Source of the DNA: Takakia lepidozioides
Lineage: Eukaryota > Plantae > Bryophyta
DNA: 64,000 bases
Assembly (NCBI GenBank): GCA_030704615.1
Contig: CM060734.1
Coordinates: 18,042,001 to 18,106,000, forward strand
Direction: 5' to 3'
Shown: piece by piece, positions 50,001-62,000 of the stretch
Position numbering within the stretch: position 1 is the stretch's first letter
Layout of the letters: each line of letters opens with the position of its first letter
Program-made: the position numbers and the translations under genes
Notes under the pieces: model-generated
Database searches by the model: none
Seen by the model: only the letters and a program-made list of their open reading frames with translations
Told to the model about the DNA's origin: nothing

Positions 50001-53000
50001 AAGCCTTTGATAAGTGGCAGGGTAGCAAGATGGTTGATTATCTTGCACGAGTTTGAATTTGAAGTTGTTTACAAGCCTGGACGTTTGCATCTTGTGGCAG
50101 ATCACTTGTCATGCCTTTCAATAGGAGAGCCCGCCACAGGAGTAGACGATCAACTGTCTGATGCCAGTTTATTCGCAGTGGAGGTGCAGGGAGCAGATGA
50201 TTGGTTAGATTGGCAGTGGCCAATCAGATACTACCTTACTCATGGTCAATGCCCACCCAGTTATGGGAAGGAGCAGAGGAAAAGAATAGCTATCAAGGCA
50301 TTACCATACACTATAATAGGTGGAAGATTGTATAAGCTAGGACCTGATGGAGTTCTTAAACGATGCTTGTACCACCATGAGGTAAATAAAGTTTTGGAAG
50401 AAGTTCATAAGGGAGTAGCTGGAGGCCATTTTGGAGAAGAGACTACCAGTAGGAAAATACTACTTGCAGGTTACTGGTGGCCTACTTTGTTTAGAGATGT
50501 ACATAAATATTGCAAGAGTTGTGATGAGTGTCAGAGGCTATGACCTTTGCAAAGATCTGGGAAGATGGCTTTGCATCCTACAATGCCTACTGAACCATTC
50601 CAGAAATGGGGATTAGACTTTGTTGGACCAATTAATCCACCAACCAGGAATACACATAACAAGTATATAATCAAGCCACTGATGATTCCGATACTACTGG
50701 TTCTGTGGAGGAAACTTTTGACATGGCTGAAGATTATGCGATGCAAATGGCGGAAAAGAAACGACGGGGATCTCCTATGCCTGAAAAGTTACCTCCCTAT
50801 CCTCCTAAGGCAGGACAGTCAAATCCATCTAGTCGACAGTCATCCCCACCAACCAACGACATGGCTCGGGCTCACACACAGAGCCCTCCGAAGGACTCTC
50901 ACCGGTAGAAGGGTGCTCGTTCACAAAGGTTTGTTGATCCTAAACAGTAAACCGTAAGGACACGGCTTTTTGAGAGGGGGAGGGATAATGTTAGAGGGCT
51001 GTTTGGGACTTAGACAGTTTTACGGGTTCTGTGGGGTACCCTTAATTTTGCGCAGACCTACAGTGGTAGACTCAGACCAATACAGACCTTAGGGGTGACA
51101 GACACAGGCCTTAGGGGTGGTAGACAGCCTTACACAGCCTGGCACAGCCTGACACAGCCTAACACAGTCAATCACAGCCTATCACAGTCTATCACAGCCC
51201 GACACAGCTCGACATAGCCAGTCACAGTCTGACACGGCCAGTCACAACTCGGCATAGTCACAGCCCGACACAGCTTGGCACAGCCCGTCACAGTGTTCAC
51301 AGAGAACGATTGTCATTGGCAGAGAATGACTGTGTGGGAACGACATCTGCAGAGGGAACGTGCATTCCGTCTTAGATGACAGTTAGTTAGTTGGGCAGCT
51401 TTAGTGTCCTCCAACTCTTTCTGCAACTTGAGGTTGGCCTCCACATCCACCCTATTGGCACACTCAGTGGCAATTCTTGTCTCAAGCTCTTGCTTGAGCT
51501 CCTCCCGCAATGCTGCCAATTGAGTGGAATGAACATGAGTCTTGACAAAGGTGCCCAATAGGTTGAGAGTCCTGCTTATGGAACTCATAAGCATGGGTCT
51601 TCATGGAGAACCTGCTGCTGTTCTTCCTGATTCTCTACGGTTTGATGTTTCACAAACCAATCAGGCCATGATCACAGATTCGACCATCACAAGAATGTAG
51701 TGATCTGCAACTTTTTCCTGAGCATCCTCATCTTCCACAGGTGCTGCAGTACCCTTGCCCTTTACCTCTTTAACCTCCGCCACAGGTTTTGGCATAACTT
51801 GCACAACAGGGAGCAGACTCTGATCTTTGGTACCATGGGTTGACCATGCAGAGAGACTCTGCATTTTGGTACCATGGGTTCTGCCACTACTTGCTCTGTA
51901 GTGGGGATGTCCAACCCCTCTCTCTCCACAGTAAGAGGCTCCGGTGTAACAACATGTCCGGTCTGAGTTACCACTGGGGCAACCTAGTCAACTTGTTTTG
52001 CTGGCCGTGGTACTGAGGTGACTTCTTCCTCCCTCTCTAATGGCCGTGCTTCCAGTAATAACAGTATATTGTGCGGCTGCACCCCCATCCTGTGTAGGAG
52101 CTATGGAAACATCATAGTGAGGGTTCCTTGCGGCCAGTGGATCCGCCATTACAGTTGCGTCCCTTTTCTCTCTCTTGGATTGGTGCTGCCTCTCTAAACC
52201 TCCTTCACCTTGTGAAAGGCCTTGCTCCTCAACTGCAATTGTGGCTGCCTCAAACACCCCCATTACTTTGCATTCTTGCGCATCAAGCAAGCAAGAATCA
52301 AAGATGATCTGTGCAATAATTGGGCCAGACACAATAATTGGGGACTTGGCAGTAGTATTTTGTAATCGTTTCATCTCCTCCAGCAGACCATTGTGCATCA
52401 TCTCCGCCCAAGCTACATCCTCTCCTCTCAAAGCTTTCAGAACCTCCTCCGTAAAAGATCTGCTAAGATACTGTTGGTTCTGTTTCATGACAAACAGAAT
52501 GTTTAGTATCTGGCCAATCTCCCTCAATCCTGGATACTCGGCTTTGGTGCAAGTGAATCCCTGGTTCCTGAAGAAACTCATTTCTTGGAAAAAATCCCGT
52601 ACTTGCAATCTTGCCCTATGTTCATCCACGCTCACATTACCATATGGTAATTCAAAAAACTGTTGCAAGTACTGCGAAGTAACTTGTATATCTACGCCCT
52701 TCACCTGTGTAACTCCCGTCTTTGGCTCAAAGTTCTTGATGAACTGGATCATCAATTCCCGTTGATGCAAAAACCACTATTTGCGCAACAATCCCTCCAA
52801 CCGCAATTCCTTCAGCATCTGCACTGCCTGTGGTGTGGCGATTGTTTGCCTCTGTAAGATCGTCGTGCTCTTCACTCGTAGATCCTCCATATCTCTAATT
52901 CGCTTCATCCCGGACAAACGCCTTGTTTGGAATAACTGCATGAAAGCTTGTAATGCGTATAGCATGAAAGTGTGATTAGCACAGAATGGAACAGGCAAGT

Positions 53001-55039
53001 GGGTGTAAGCCTCCGGGGCTTGCAAATAATGAGTGAGAGAGAAAGTACTTTCGACCTGTCCTTCCTTGCGCCACTGCGTAAGAAGTGTTGCTAGTGTATA
53101 ATCCGTGATATTCGCCATAGCTACAAAGCTATAGCTTTGATTGCCCCTCCCGTCGAGACACTGATTATCCGAAATAACACCTATTTTTCCGCTCATAATC
53201 TTCTTAATTTCTTGTTCTTGTTTCTTGAATGGAGTCTCTTGTACAAAATTCACGTTGTTGATTGGCCGTTGCCTCATTAGGTAACTTCTCATTTTTACCC
53301 TAATCTGTTCACATTCCATCTTGGAATGACCACTATGACTGCATATGTGGCAAAGGTTCCCCTTTGCTGGACGCGTAAAGTGTTCCGTTACCTGTCCTCT
53401 TGATGCATTAATGGGCTCATAATAAGTTTCGGCTGATGTACCGGGTAGGTACTTTGTCGGCCCTGTTTGTCTTCTTGTGTGATGACGCTCGTTATTGCAG
53501 TACATGCAATGCGGAGTGCTTTGCCCCTTAGGCCACGTGTTTGAATTCAAACACTCTCCCGTCTCCCTCTGTCCACGTGACACATTCTCCGAGTTTGACT
53601 TCCAAACTGTCTTTACACTTACCGGCCACTTAACTAACGTTAACTCGTGTCCATTTGTCATTGCCCCTTTGGACTGTGCGACCTGTGTAGGCTGTGTTGC
53701 CTGTGTTGGGCTGTGACAAGCTGTGATATGCTGTAATAGGCTGTGGTGGGCTGTGATATGCTGAGTTAAACTGTGGTGGACTGTGATGGCTGTGTGAACA
53801 CTTGTGTTCTCTACTATGGCCATACACATTCGGCTTTATGTCAAGTGCTTCATGCTCCGATGGTGCTATTGGAGTAGTCTGTGTCTGCATCTGTGTTTCA
53901 AGATGCAAATCATGCTGCAATGGTCTATCATGGATACCACTGTATCCCTTCAACTTATTGGCATTGACTCTACCAAGCATCTCTTTGTTAATGGTTTGTA
54001 ACATAGCTGTGTTGTTATCATACATCTTCTGTGTGACATAAGGTCCTTTCCATGGTGATTTAAGCTTAGAAGCTTTAATCTTTCCCTTCTTCTGCAACCT
54101 CAGTACCAAATCACATGTCTTAAAAGTCTTCAATTTACCTTCATGAAACTGATCCTTCCTCTTCATCTGAATTCTAGTCATGTTATCTGCTACATCAGCA
54201 CGTACTTCTTCCACATGATATAGTTCATGTTTCCTTACTTTAATTGAATCCTCCAATTCCATTCTCCTCCCCCATTCAGTTTTTATGGTAGGTAATAAGA
54301 ATTCCACTGGAAATAAGGCTTCCATACCATAAACTAATTGGAATGGTGTATACTTGGTGGTGACTTTATATGAAGTCTTGTATGACCACAAAGCTGTCAA
54401 CAGCTTTGTATCCCAGTCTGTCATGTTCGCATTGACTATTTTAGCCAAGATAGTGCATAGTATTTTGTTGGTGGCCTCTGCCTGCCCATTGCCCTATGGG
54501 TAATAGGTTGTACTCTTCCTGTGCACAATCATGAACTCCTTAGTCAATAGTTCAATGGTCTCATTAATGAAATGACTTCCCTGGTCACTGATAAATTCCA
54601 GGAGACAGCCAAATCTTGTGAGAATGTTCTCATATAGGAACCTTGTTGTGGACTTAGCTGTGTTGTCCCTCAGAGCCTTAGCTTCCACCCATTTCCGTGG
54701 TGTTACAGATGAATGATCTCAGGTTACGGGTGCAGAACATTGCCACAACCACTACAGACAATGTCTATAGTCGGATAGCTGAGTTACAGGAGGATGTAGA
54801 AGGGCTGCAGACTCAAGTGGATGACTTGAGCTCCAACATTGACAAAAGGGCTTTTATTCCTGAGGAACAGCTGATGGCTACTTATTTGCACGTAAGGCCT
54901 TTGATTTTCCAATCTTCAGCACAAGAAGTGCAGGACTTGCCAACATCAAGAGGGACTGTGGCAACAACATCACAACAACCACACCAGGTCGACAGTGTTG
55001 ATACCATGGCACTGCAGCAATCATTGTCTGAGGTTTGGG
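47062..55039. mobile_element. Copy 2 of the Gypsy family at 11.5-19.7 kb, rearranged into four segments
   Basis: 47062-50672 (+): gag knuckle CTICKMDNHSTENC, PR LIDGG, RT FLDDF, RH, IN N-terminus. 50673-51395 (+): extra-ORF end, PPT and partial LTR from 50989. 51396-54692 (-): IN core to extra ORF. 54705-55039 (+): extra-ORF fragment. Confidence 0.9.
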
Positions 55040-55499
55040 GTGATGCTTCTTTTAACCCATAGACAAGCTAAAATCTTGAGGAAAGGTGGCACTGGCCTAT
55101 CACATTCACCCCCCTCCCCAACCATCCTATCCAAACACCCTTTCCATTCTTCAGGCAGGAGAACCCTAGTACTTCATTCAAACATTTTTGAGATACTCAC
55201 CGAATTTTGGATCCTGACATTGGTTGAAGACACAGTAAAGGGAAGTTTTTCCCCCTTGTTTCCCTCCTGCCACACAGAAAACAGGTACATGAATCATGAG
55301 CTCAGGACTCCACAAAGCAAGGCCCTCTATTGCTTTGTTTATCCTCCTTCCCCTCCTCCTACAAGCATAGGAAATGAGTACAGCATTCCTTATCACTCCC
55401 TCATGCAAGGGTTTGAACAAGGGATAGCCCACATGCCTTGGCAAGGATGTCATTGGTCATTATTGCATCATTCTCGTAAGTCAGTAGCACATCTGTCAA

Positions 55500-58400
55500 C
55501 CGCTGATTCAGGAAAATATCTGAGGCCTGCACAACCCCAAACTGTTCGGCATTGTGCAATCAGTGACAACGCAAAAGAGCATCAAGGCTAAATGACAAGG
55601 ATCCACGCAGATTGCAAATTCTCCTGCAAATGGAAATTCGACTTGTCAAGCTCTTCTTTGTTCCAGACAGATGGCTTGCAACTTAGGTGCTGACACTAAA
55701 ATGGTCAATGGCTTTTAAAAAGGGCATTCAAACTTTCACCCATACACGATCACAGACAGGAATTACCTCACGGGCATCACGTGGTAGCACTGGTACTTTC
55801 AAGAATACTTGTTCCAGAAAATCCGTGGCTTCCTTGTCACCTATTTCACCAAGCATGGTCTAGTGTCCATCATCATGACATAAAACTGAAAATAGAATGA
55901 ACAAAGACCTGTAATATCAACACAATTGGGAACTGCCAGCACCTTATGACCAACCCGTCCACTCCCTCATTGGCCTTGGAAGTTCCCCATCTGCCATGAA
56001 GGTTTCCCTCTCTCTATATTCCCATATTTATACTTGCATTGATGCATGTCCCCTTCCGCCAACTCTGCTTGTTGGAGGCCCCATTTGTTTCTTGATTTCC
56101 TTTGTCCCGTAAGCTCTTTGAGCTTCCCGGAGGTTATACACTTCCTTCCTTCCTTCCTTCCGTGGACGTTATAAAGTACCATTTCATTTCTACAGATAGA
56201 GACTGGTAGATGGGAAAACCTGCAACGGGAGGACCGCCTATGGCCAACATGCACCGGGCGCAACCAGGAAATTGAAACTGAAGAACACTTCTTTTTATTG
56301 CCCTCTCTACTATGAGATCCGAAGCATTGAGAAAGCAAAAATATCTTCAGACATAGAAGCAAGCTATCAAACTGCTGCAGAAACCTACTCACTTCCATTG
56401 TGAGCAACTACAGACCCCCACAGGCCAAAGAAGTTCCAGCGCGCAAACCGATCTATCAGTGCCAAGACACATGCAAGATTCATAAAGTAGAAACGGGGCC
56501 GAGTTTTTTCAGGCATATGCAGGCCTGGAGTCTTCGGATTGGCTGTTAGAACAGTAATGTCTTCGCGCATCAGATCATCCCAGCCCGTCACTTTCTTCAA
56601 ATTACCAGGCTGTGTCATTATGCACACCACTGATTCTGCATTCACTCCATTATTTGGCACCTGCACGTTGACACGTCAGATGAGGTCCCACTGCAATAGA
56701 GGGAGAGGAATACAAAAACCACACATCAAGCATGAAGTACAACCTCGCATCCATATGAGCATACGATCAACAGACTGCATGCCACCACTCATCAAGAACC
56801 TTTTAGAAAGCACAATGAAACATTAACTCAAATCGTATGTATACATCTCCTGAAAAGAAACTGAACTCATGAACTCTCAACTTCTTTGTCAGTTAAGTAT
56901 ACCCTGGTCTGCCAGTCAGAATTTATCAGTCCTGCTTCTTGGATCTTAATAATATCCAATGGCATGGCCAGCGCCACAATGTCTGCTGGGAGCCCATCAA
57001 TCACAGCCCTAGCCTGTGTCCCACTACCCCCTGTTGCACAACAATGGAAACAAGGTGCACATAAGTCAGAAGCCCCACACTACTATTGCATGTGTCATGC
57101 TAGTTCCAATTTGACCTGTCATTAAAGCAGAACTATTTTAAATGGAAAGATGTTTTCTCTCCAAATATCAGTTAGAGGAGTGACATTGTTGGCAGGCAGA
57201 AGGGGCAGAAGAAGAAACAATTAGAAACACCAAGCTGAAGAAACACATTGATCCAACAATATATCAGAGGAATGTCATGCTGCATGATATAAACAGACGA
57301 GCTATCACGGGAAAGGGTGCACACCAAAGCTGAGGCAAAACCGTACAGGCTGCCCTGTCTCCACCTCCCACTTTTCAGCAAATTGCCTTGTCAACTGGAT
57401 ACTCATAAGTTAGACATGGCCAAACATCACCAACCAAAACCACGTTCAGCACAGGAGCACAGTACTCATAAAAGCAAATGCCCTGAGTTGATAATATGCA
57501 TATGCTAGTGCTTGAATACAAGGGTATAATGGCCTTCACCTTGACATACTGCTGCCAAGAAAAGAGACAGGGAAAGGGGGGTCAGGAAACAGGAAGTGAG
57601 GGGGATGAAATGAAAGGGTACTTTATAACGCCGGATCTTATTACATTTATAACGTCCGACCTGTACACCAAATTCAACAGCAGCCTTGCACCAAAGCGGG
57701 AAGCGACAAACGAGGATCGGAGCAGCTGTGGCCGAGAGATCTGTTGGATGCTGAGAGACTGAGAGGAGGTGGCGGAATGTAGGCTAACCTTTTCATAGAC
57801 GAGCTTAGTAACTGCAAAGGACACAAGTGTGACTGTAATAGGTCTCTTCACTCGATTGTTGTTGCTTGCGGATACAGCAGGACTACCACCCGCATCAGAG
57901 CCCCCACCTCCACCACCGCCACCCCCCCAGCCACCACTTCCATAACCTACCTCCCCCAGGCCCAGAATAAGCCACTGCAGGTTGGAACGCAACCGCTGCT
58001 GTTGAAACTGCACTGGCACTGGCTATTTCCAACTTCAATGCAAATTTGAGGGGCCTTTGAATCTGTGCTTGGACGACAGTTAATGTCTCTGCCTCCTCTG
58101 CTGATTCTCCTACACAGCAATTGAAATAAATCCTGAAAACTTTCTGCACATTCAATTTCGCAGTTGGTGAATCGAATTACTGTTCCAAACATAAGAGAGA
58201 AAGAGAAATGAAATGAAATGGTATTTCAGAGAGTGGCCAAATCTAAGACAACTCATCAGCATTTGTCTTGTGCCTAGCCCATCTTTTAGTTCATAGATCA
58301 AATATGCCCGTGTGTGTCTATGTCGTCTGGGCCTTCCTTGGCTTACTAAAGATGTCATCAAATTTTGACCGTTTACTTAGTCGTTTCCCCTTTCCTCCCG

Positions 58401-58725
58401 AGAAACAATAAGAAGACAAAGAGAAGGGGTGGGGGAAAGGGATACCTGAAGTAAGGGCAGGTTTAACAAGCGACGAGAGAATGAGATGAGCACGAGCCAT
58501 GACTTTGGGCCTCTTCCCTTCCTGACGGCACAATGGAACTGTAAAGCTTTCTTGCCGAAGTCGATGCTGATTCGTTGTGCAGCAAAGGCCAACTGCTATA
58601 CTACGTACTGCACTCAAATCTATGGAACTTTTTGTGTGTAACTAAACAACTCGAGCTGTAAAGTACAACCAACAGAAAGTGAGAATTCCTTCATACTGAC
58701 AGTTCCGACCTGAAAAACTCTCCAT
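55500..58725 (-). pseudogene. sbp: Nuclear, intron-containing sulfate ABC transporter substrate-binding protein (Sbp/CysP family), probably plastid-targeted; disrupted and 3'-truncated
   Basis: ITVTLVSFAVTKLVYEK; [43 protein letters not shown]; PNNGVNAESVV...GWDDLMREDITVLTANPKT; ARWNFFGLWGS; VPVLPRDARE. N-terminal Ser/Arg-rich leader. Frameshift at ~57948. Confidence 0.85.
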
Positions 58726-59049
58726 TGCGTCCCAGATCACCTGTGTAGTAGAAGGAAAACTCACTTCTCAACAGAGAATCTTGATCACAAGTTCTCAGGC
58801 AGGGCAATGATCTTGCCTCGGTTACTATTTCTCCTCCAACCTTTCGCGCTTACCCCATCCTCTCTATGACTTATATACAGTTAAGCATCCACATTGCGCG
58901 TGAGTGTTAATATCATTTTTCTGACAATGAGGACATTCACTTGGATGCAGAGACCCCGAGCCTTCAATGCCACAGGGTTTAAGGTTTAAGAAGAGCTCGG
59001 ATCGCTCTACCTACCTACCTTCCCGCAGGTCACGCCAGGTTGACATCAG

Positions 59050-62000
59050 TGTTGGACCGGTATATAGGTCTTGGGCGGGTATCAACTAGGGTAAGGGTAA
59101 TGGTACGAAGGATCATACCAGGCGGATACCTACAACGGCAAAACCCGGCAATACCATGGTGGGGTAGGATACATGGACTTCTAAAACCCTAGCGCAAAAC
59201 ATACAAGTCGGGTCTTCTTCCTCGCGCTACCACTCCAATACCATGCATGCGTCGGTTGAGGGAAGGATGCAAGGGCAGGGTCTAGGGTAGTTTGAGGTTA
59301 GGGATACTAACTACATATAGCGTTTTCAAGAGGGCACTTCAATGAGGATGAGTTACAAGATGCTAATATGTTTGAAGAGGAGTAGATGAAATGCAATTTG
59401 TTAGTTTCTGCTCTTAAAGAGTGATAGAGAAGAGTTAGGGGCCATTCGGGATATTTTTCAATATTGAAATGGCTGTTTGAGTAGTTGAAATCTTAATATG
59501 ATTTAAAGGGCTTGTGAAACCAAGATTCTCGCCCGGTTATTCCTCTTCCTCTACCGGTATTGAGCTAACAAGGGGATGTGAGCTCGGCAAAGCGGACAAG
59601 CGAGGTAGGCAGGATCATAGGCAGAGGACTTAGAATCTAACGCGTATCCCCTCAGTACATCCCTTCACACACTATTCATCCAGCACATGCACACTCGTAC
59701 ACCAGAGATTATCACTTTGAACATACATCGCAGCCTAGATTTGCAGCTGACCTCCTTTTATAATCCATGGCTTAAGATTACATCATCACAAGATGGCATG
59801 TCCTGATTGGCCCACTAGATTACAGCCAGATTCCCATCCAGATAGGATGACACAAGCTAACTTAGAGATAGGGTAGCTGTTAACATAAGACAATCCTTAG
59901 TTTATAAATAGATCCGCCAACCTGTCTTCATCCCTACCTTTTCATAACGGTCTTTCATCTACGTTTGTCATCTCCGTTCATCCAGTGTCAAATAATAAGG
60001 TAGGTGGGAATCTAGTCTTTAATTATGTGAAACGTCCTGGCACACAGAATGAGCGAGCTCCAGCGAGCTATCGAACCAAAGAGAATGCTCAAAGGAGAGC
60101 AGTGTTGCTCAAGATTGCACTGAGATGGGATGAAAAAACCTCCACAAGGAAAAAACCTTGCTCTGCAATGTAAGCGAAGGACAAAACCTTGCCAGGGAAA
60201 AACCCCATCTCATGCTTCGTGCAATCTGAGAACTACAAAAGAAGAAATCCAAGTGACTCAAATGTCAAAGCCAATCCAATCAAAACCAAAATGTCACCAC
60301 TAAAACTACTCCTACAGCTCGGAGGCTATGTCGAGGCGAGCCCACTTCTTGGGTGTCAAAACCACATGCCAATTCTCCACGTTGAGGCAGGTAAGATCAA
60401 ACTGCAGCTTGGAAGGGACAAGTTGAGAAACATGAACAGTCCCAGGGAGTTCCGCTGTAGATGGATGTTGTGGCAGAAGTCGATACTGGCGACCAGGCAA
60501 AATGGCATGAATCAAGTATGGCCCATCAATTCGCATTTTGGACTTGGTGATCTGCTTGCCAGGCTGCAAACGAACATAGACAGTTTGCCCTAGAGAAAAG
60601 TTTTCAGAATAAACCACTCTTCTATTGTAGTTCTTAGCATGTACTACCTGAGAAACATTAATGTTGTGTTTAGCAGTTTCAAGCAAGCGCAACGATGGGC
60701 AGTAAGATGGGTGAAAAAGTCTTCCCAGATCACAGGCTCCTCCACCTGTGTTTGTAAGACAGGAACATGAAGCAGCGTACGAGCTTTGCGACCATAGAGG
60801 AGCTCAAAAGGAGAATAGCGGGTACTAGCATGCACTAAGGTTCCATAAGCAAAAATGAGTATGGGTAAGGTGATATCCCACTCATCTGTCAGAGCACCAT
60901 TCTTTTCAAGGAGCTGGCACATGGTTTTGTTGAACCTTTCAGTGAGCCCATTGCACTGGGGGTTGTAAGGAGCCGTCAAGCGATGCTTGACATCAAGATT
61001 GAAACACACAACCTCCATCAACTAGTTACAAAACTCGGTACCCTGGTCAGTCAAAATTTCAAGGGGGCAGCCATGCCGCAACATGATTTCATCAAAGAAG
61101 AACTAAACCACCTCATTGTTGTCCTTGGCAACCAAAGGCCAGATCTCAACCTATTTAGACAGGTAGTCAGTAGCTACTCCAATGTAGCTATTGCCCTTAG
61201 TTGTAGTTTTGAGAGGTCCAACAAGGTCTAGACCAACCCTAGCAAACATTTATGTCACAGGGATTGGCTGAAGTTTAAGAGGAGCCACGCTCCTAGGCAG
61301 CAGGGTTTTGGATTTGCATGGAACGCACTTGGCAATGAAATCAGAGACATCCTTGGTGAGACCCTTCCAGTGATACTTTTCTTGAAGCCTCTTTATAGTT
61401 TTATCAACTCCAAGATGACCAGCATAGAGAAAACAATGATATGGTTCTAGTAATGAAGGGACGGAGCTTATAGTAGGGACCTCCACAGCACTCTCCTGCC
61501 CATGAATACAAACCATTTTGAGCAACTTACCTTCATGCTCCCTGTGGGTAGGAAGATGATAGTTTACTTGCCTCTTAGTGTGGGAGGAGAGGCCCTGCAG
61601 ATGAGTGCCAGTGCTACATTTCTAGAAGAGGGCTTGATGTAGTCGATCTTCCATGTCTGCAAGTGGCATAGCCATACCCTGATGTTAGTATGAGCAAGTA
61701 TGGAGTGTCCGCCTCAGTGAACTCCATGTGATCATAAGCTCAACTAGGAAAAAAGGGCTGCTTGATGAACAGCAGACAAGACATTGTAAGCTTGCAAGCT
61801 GCAACACCCTATGGAGAGAAGACAACAAGAATCATGAGCAGAATCAAGAAGAGAAGGAGTAGAGATAGAGGAAGGGGAAGAACCTCATACCTGGAATGTA
61901 AACTCAGTGACAGGTCAGTACCCTAGAAAGCATTTAACCAACAGAGAAGGAAAGAAGATCCCACTCAGACATGAGATCAGGAGGTGCAAAAAGAACAGTT

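Noticed and set aside
55170-55460. LINE ORF2 fragment on the minus strand (KTSLYCVF...FGEYLKNV)
   Set aside because: Suggestive but too short and degenerate to call.
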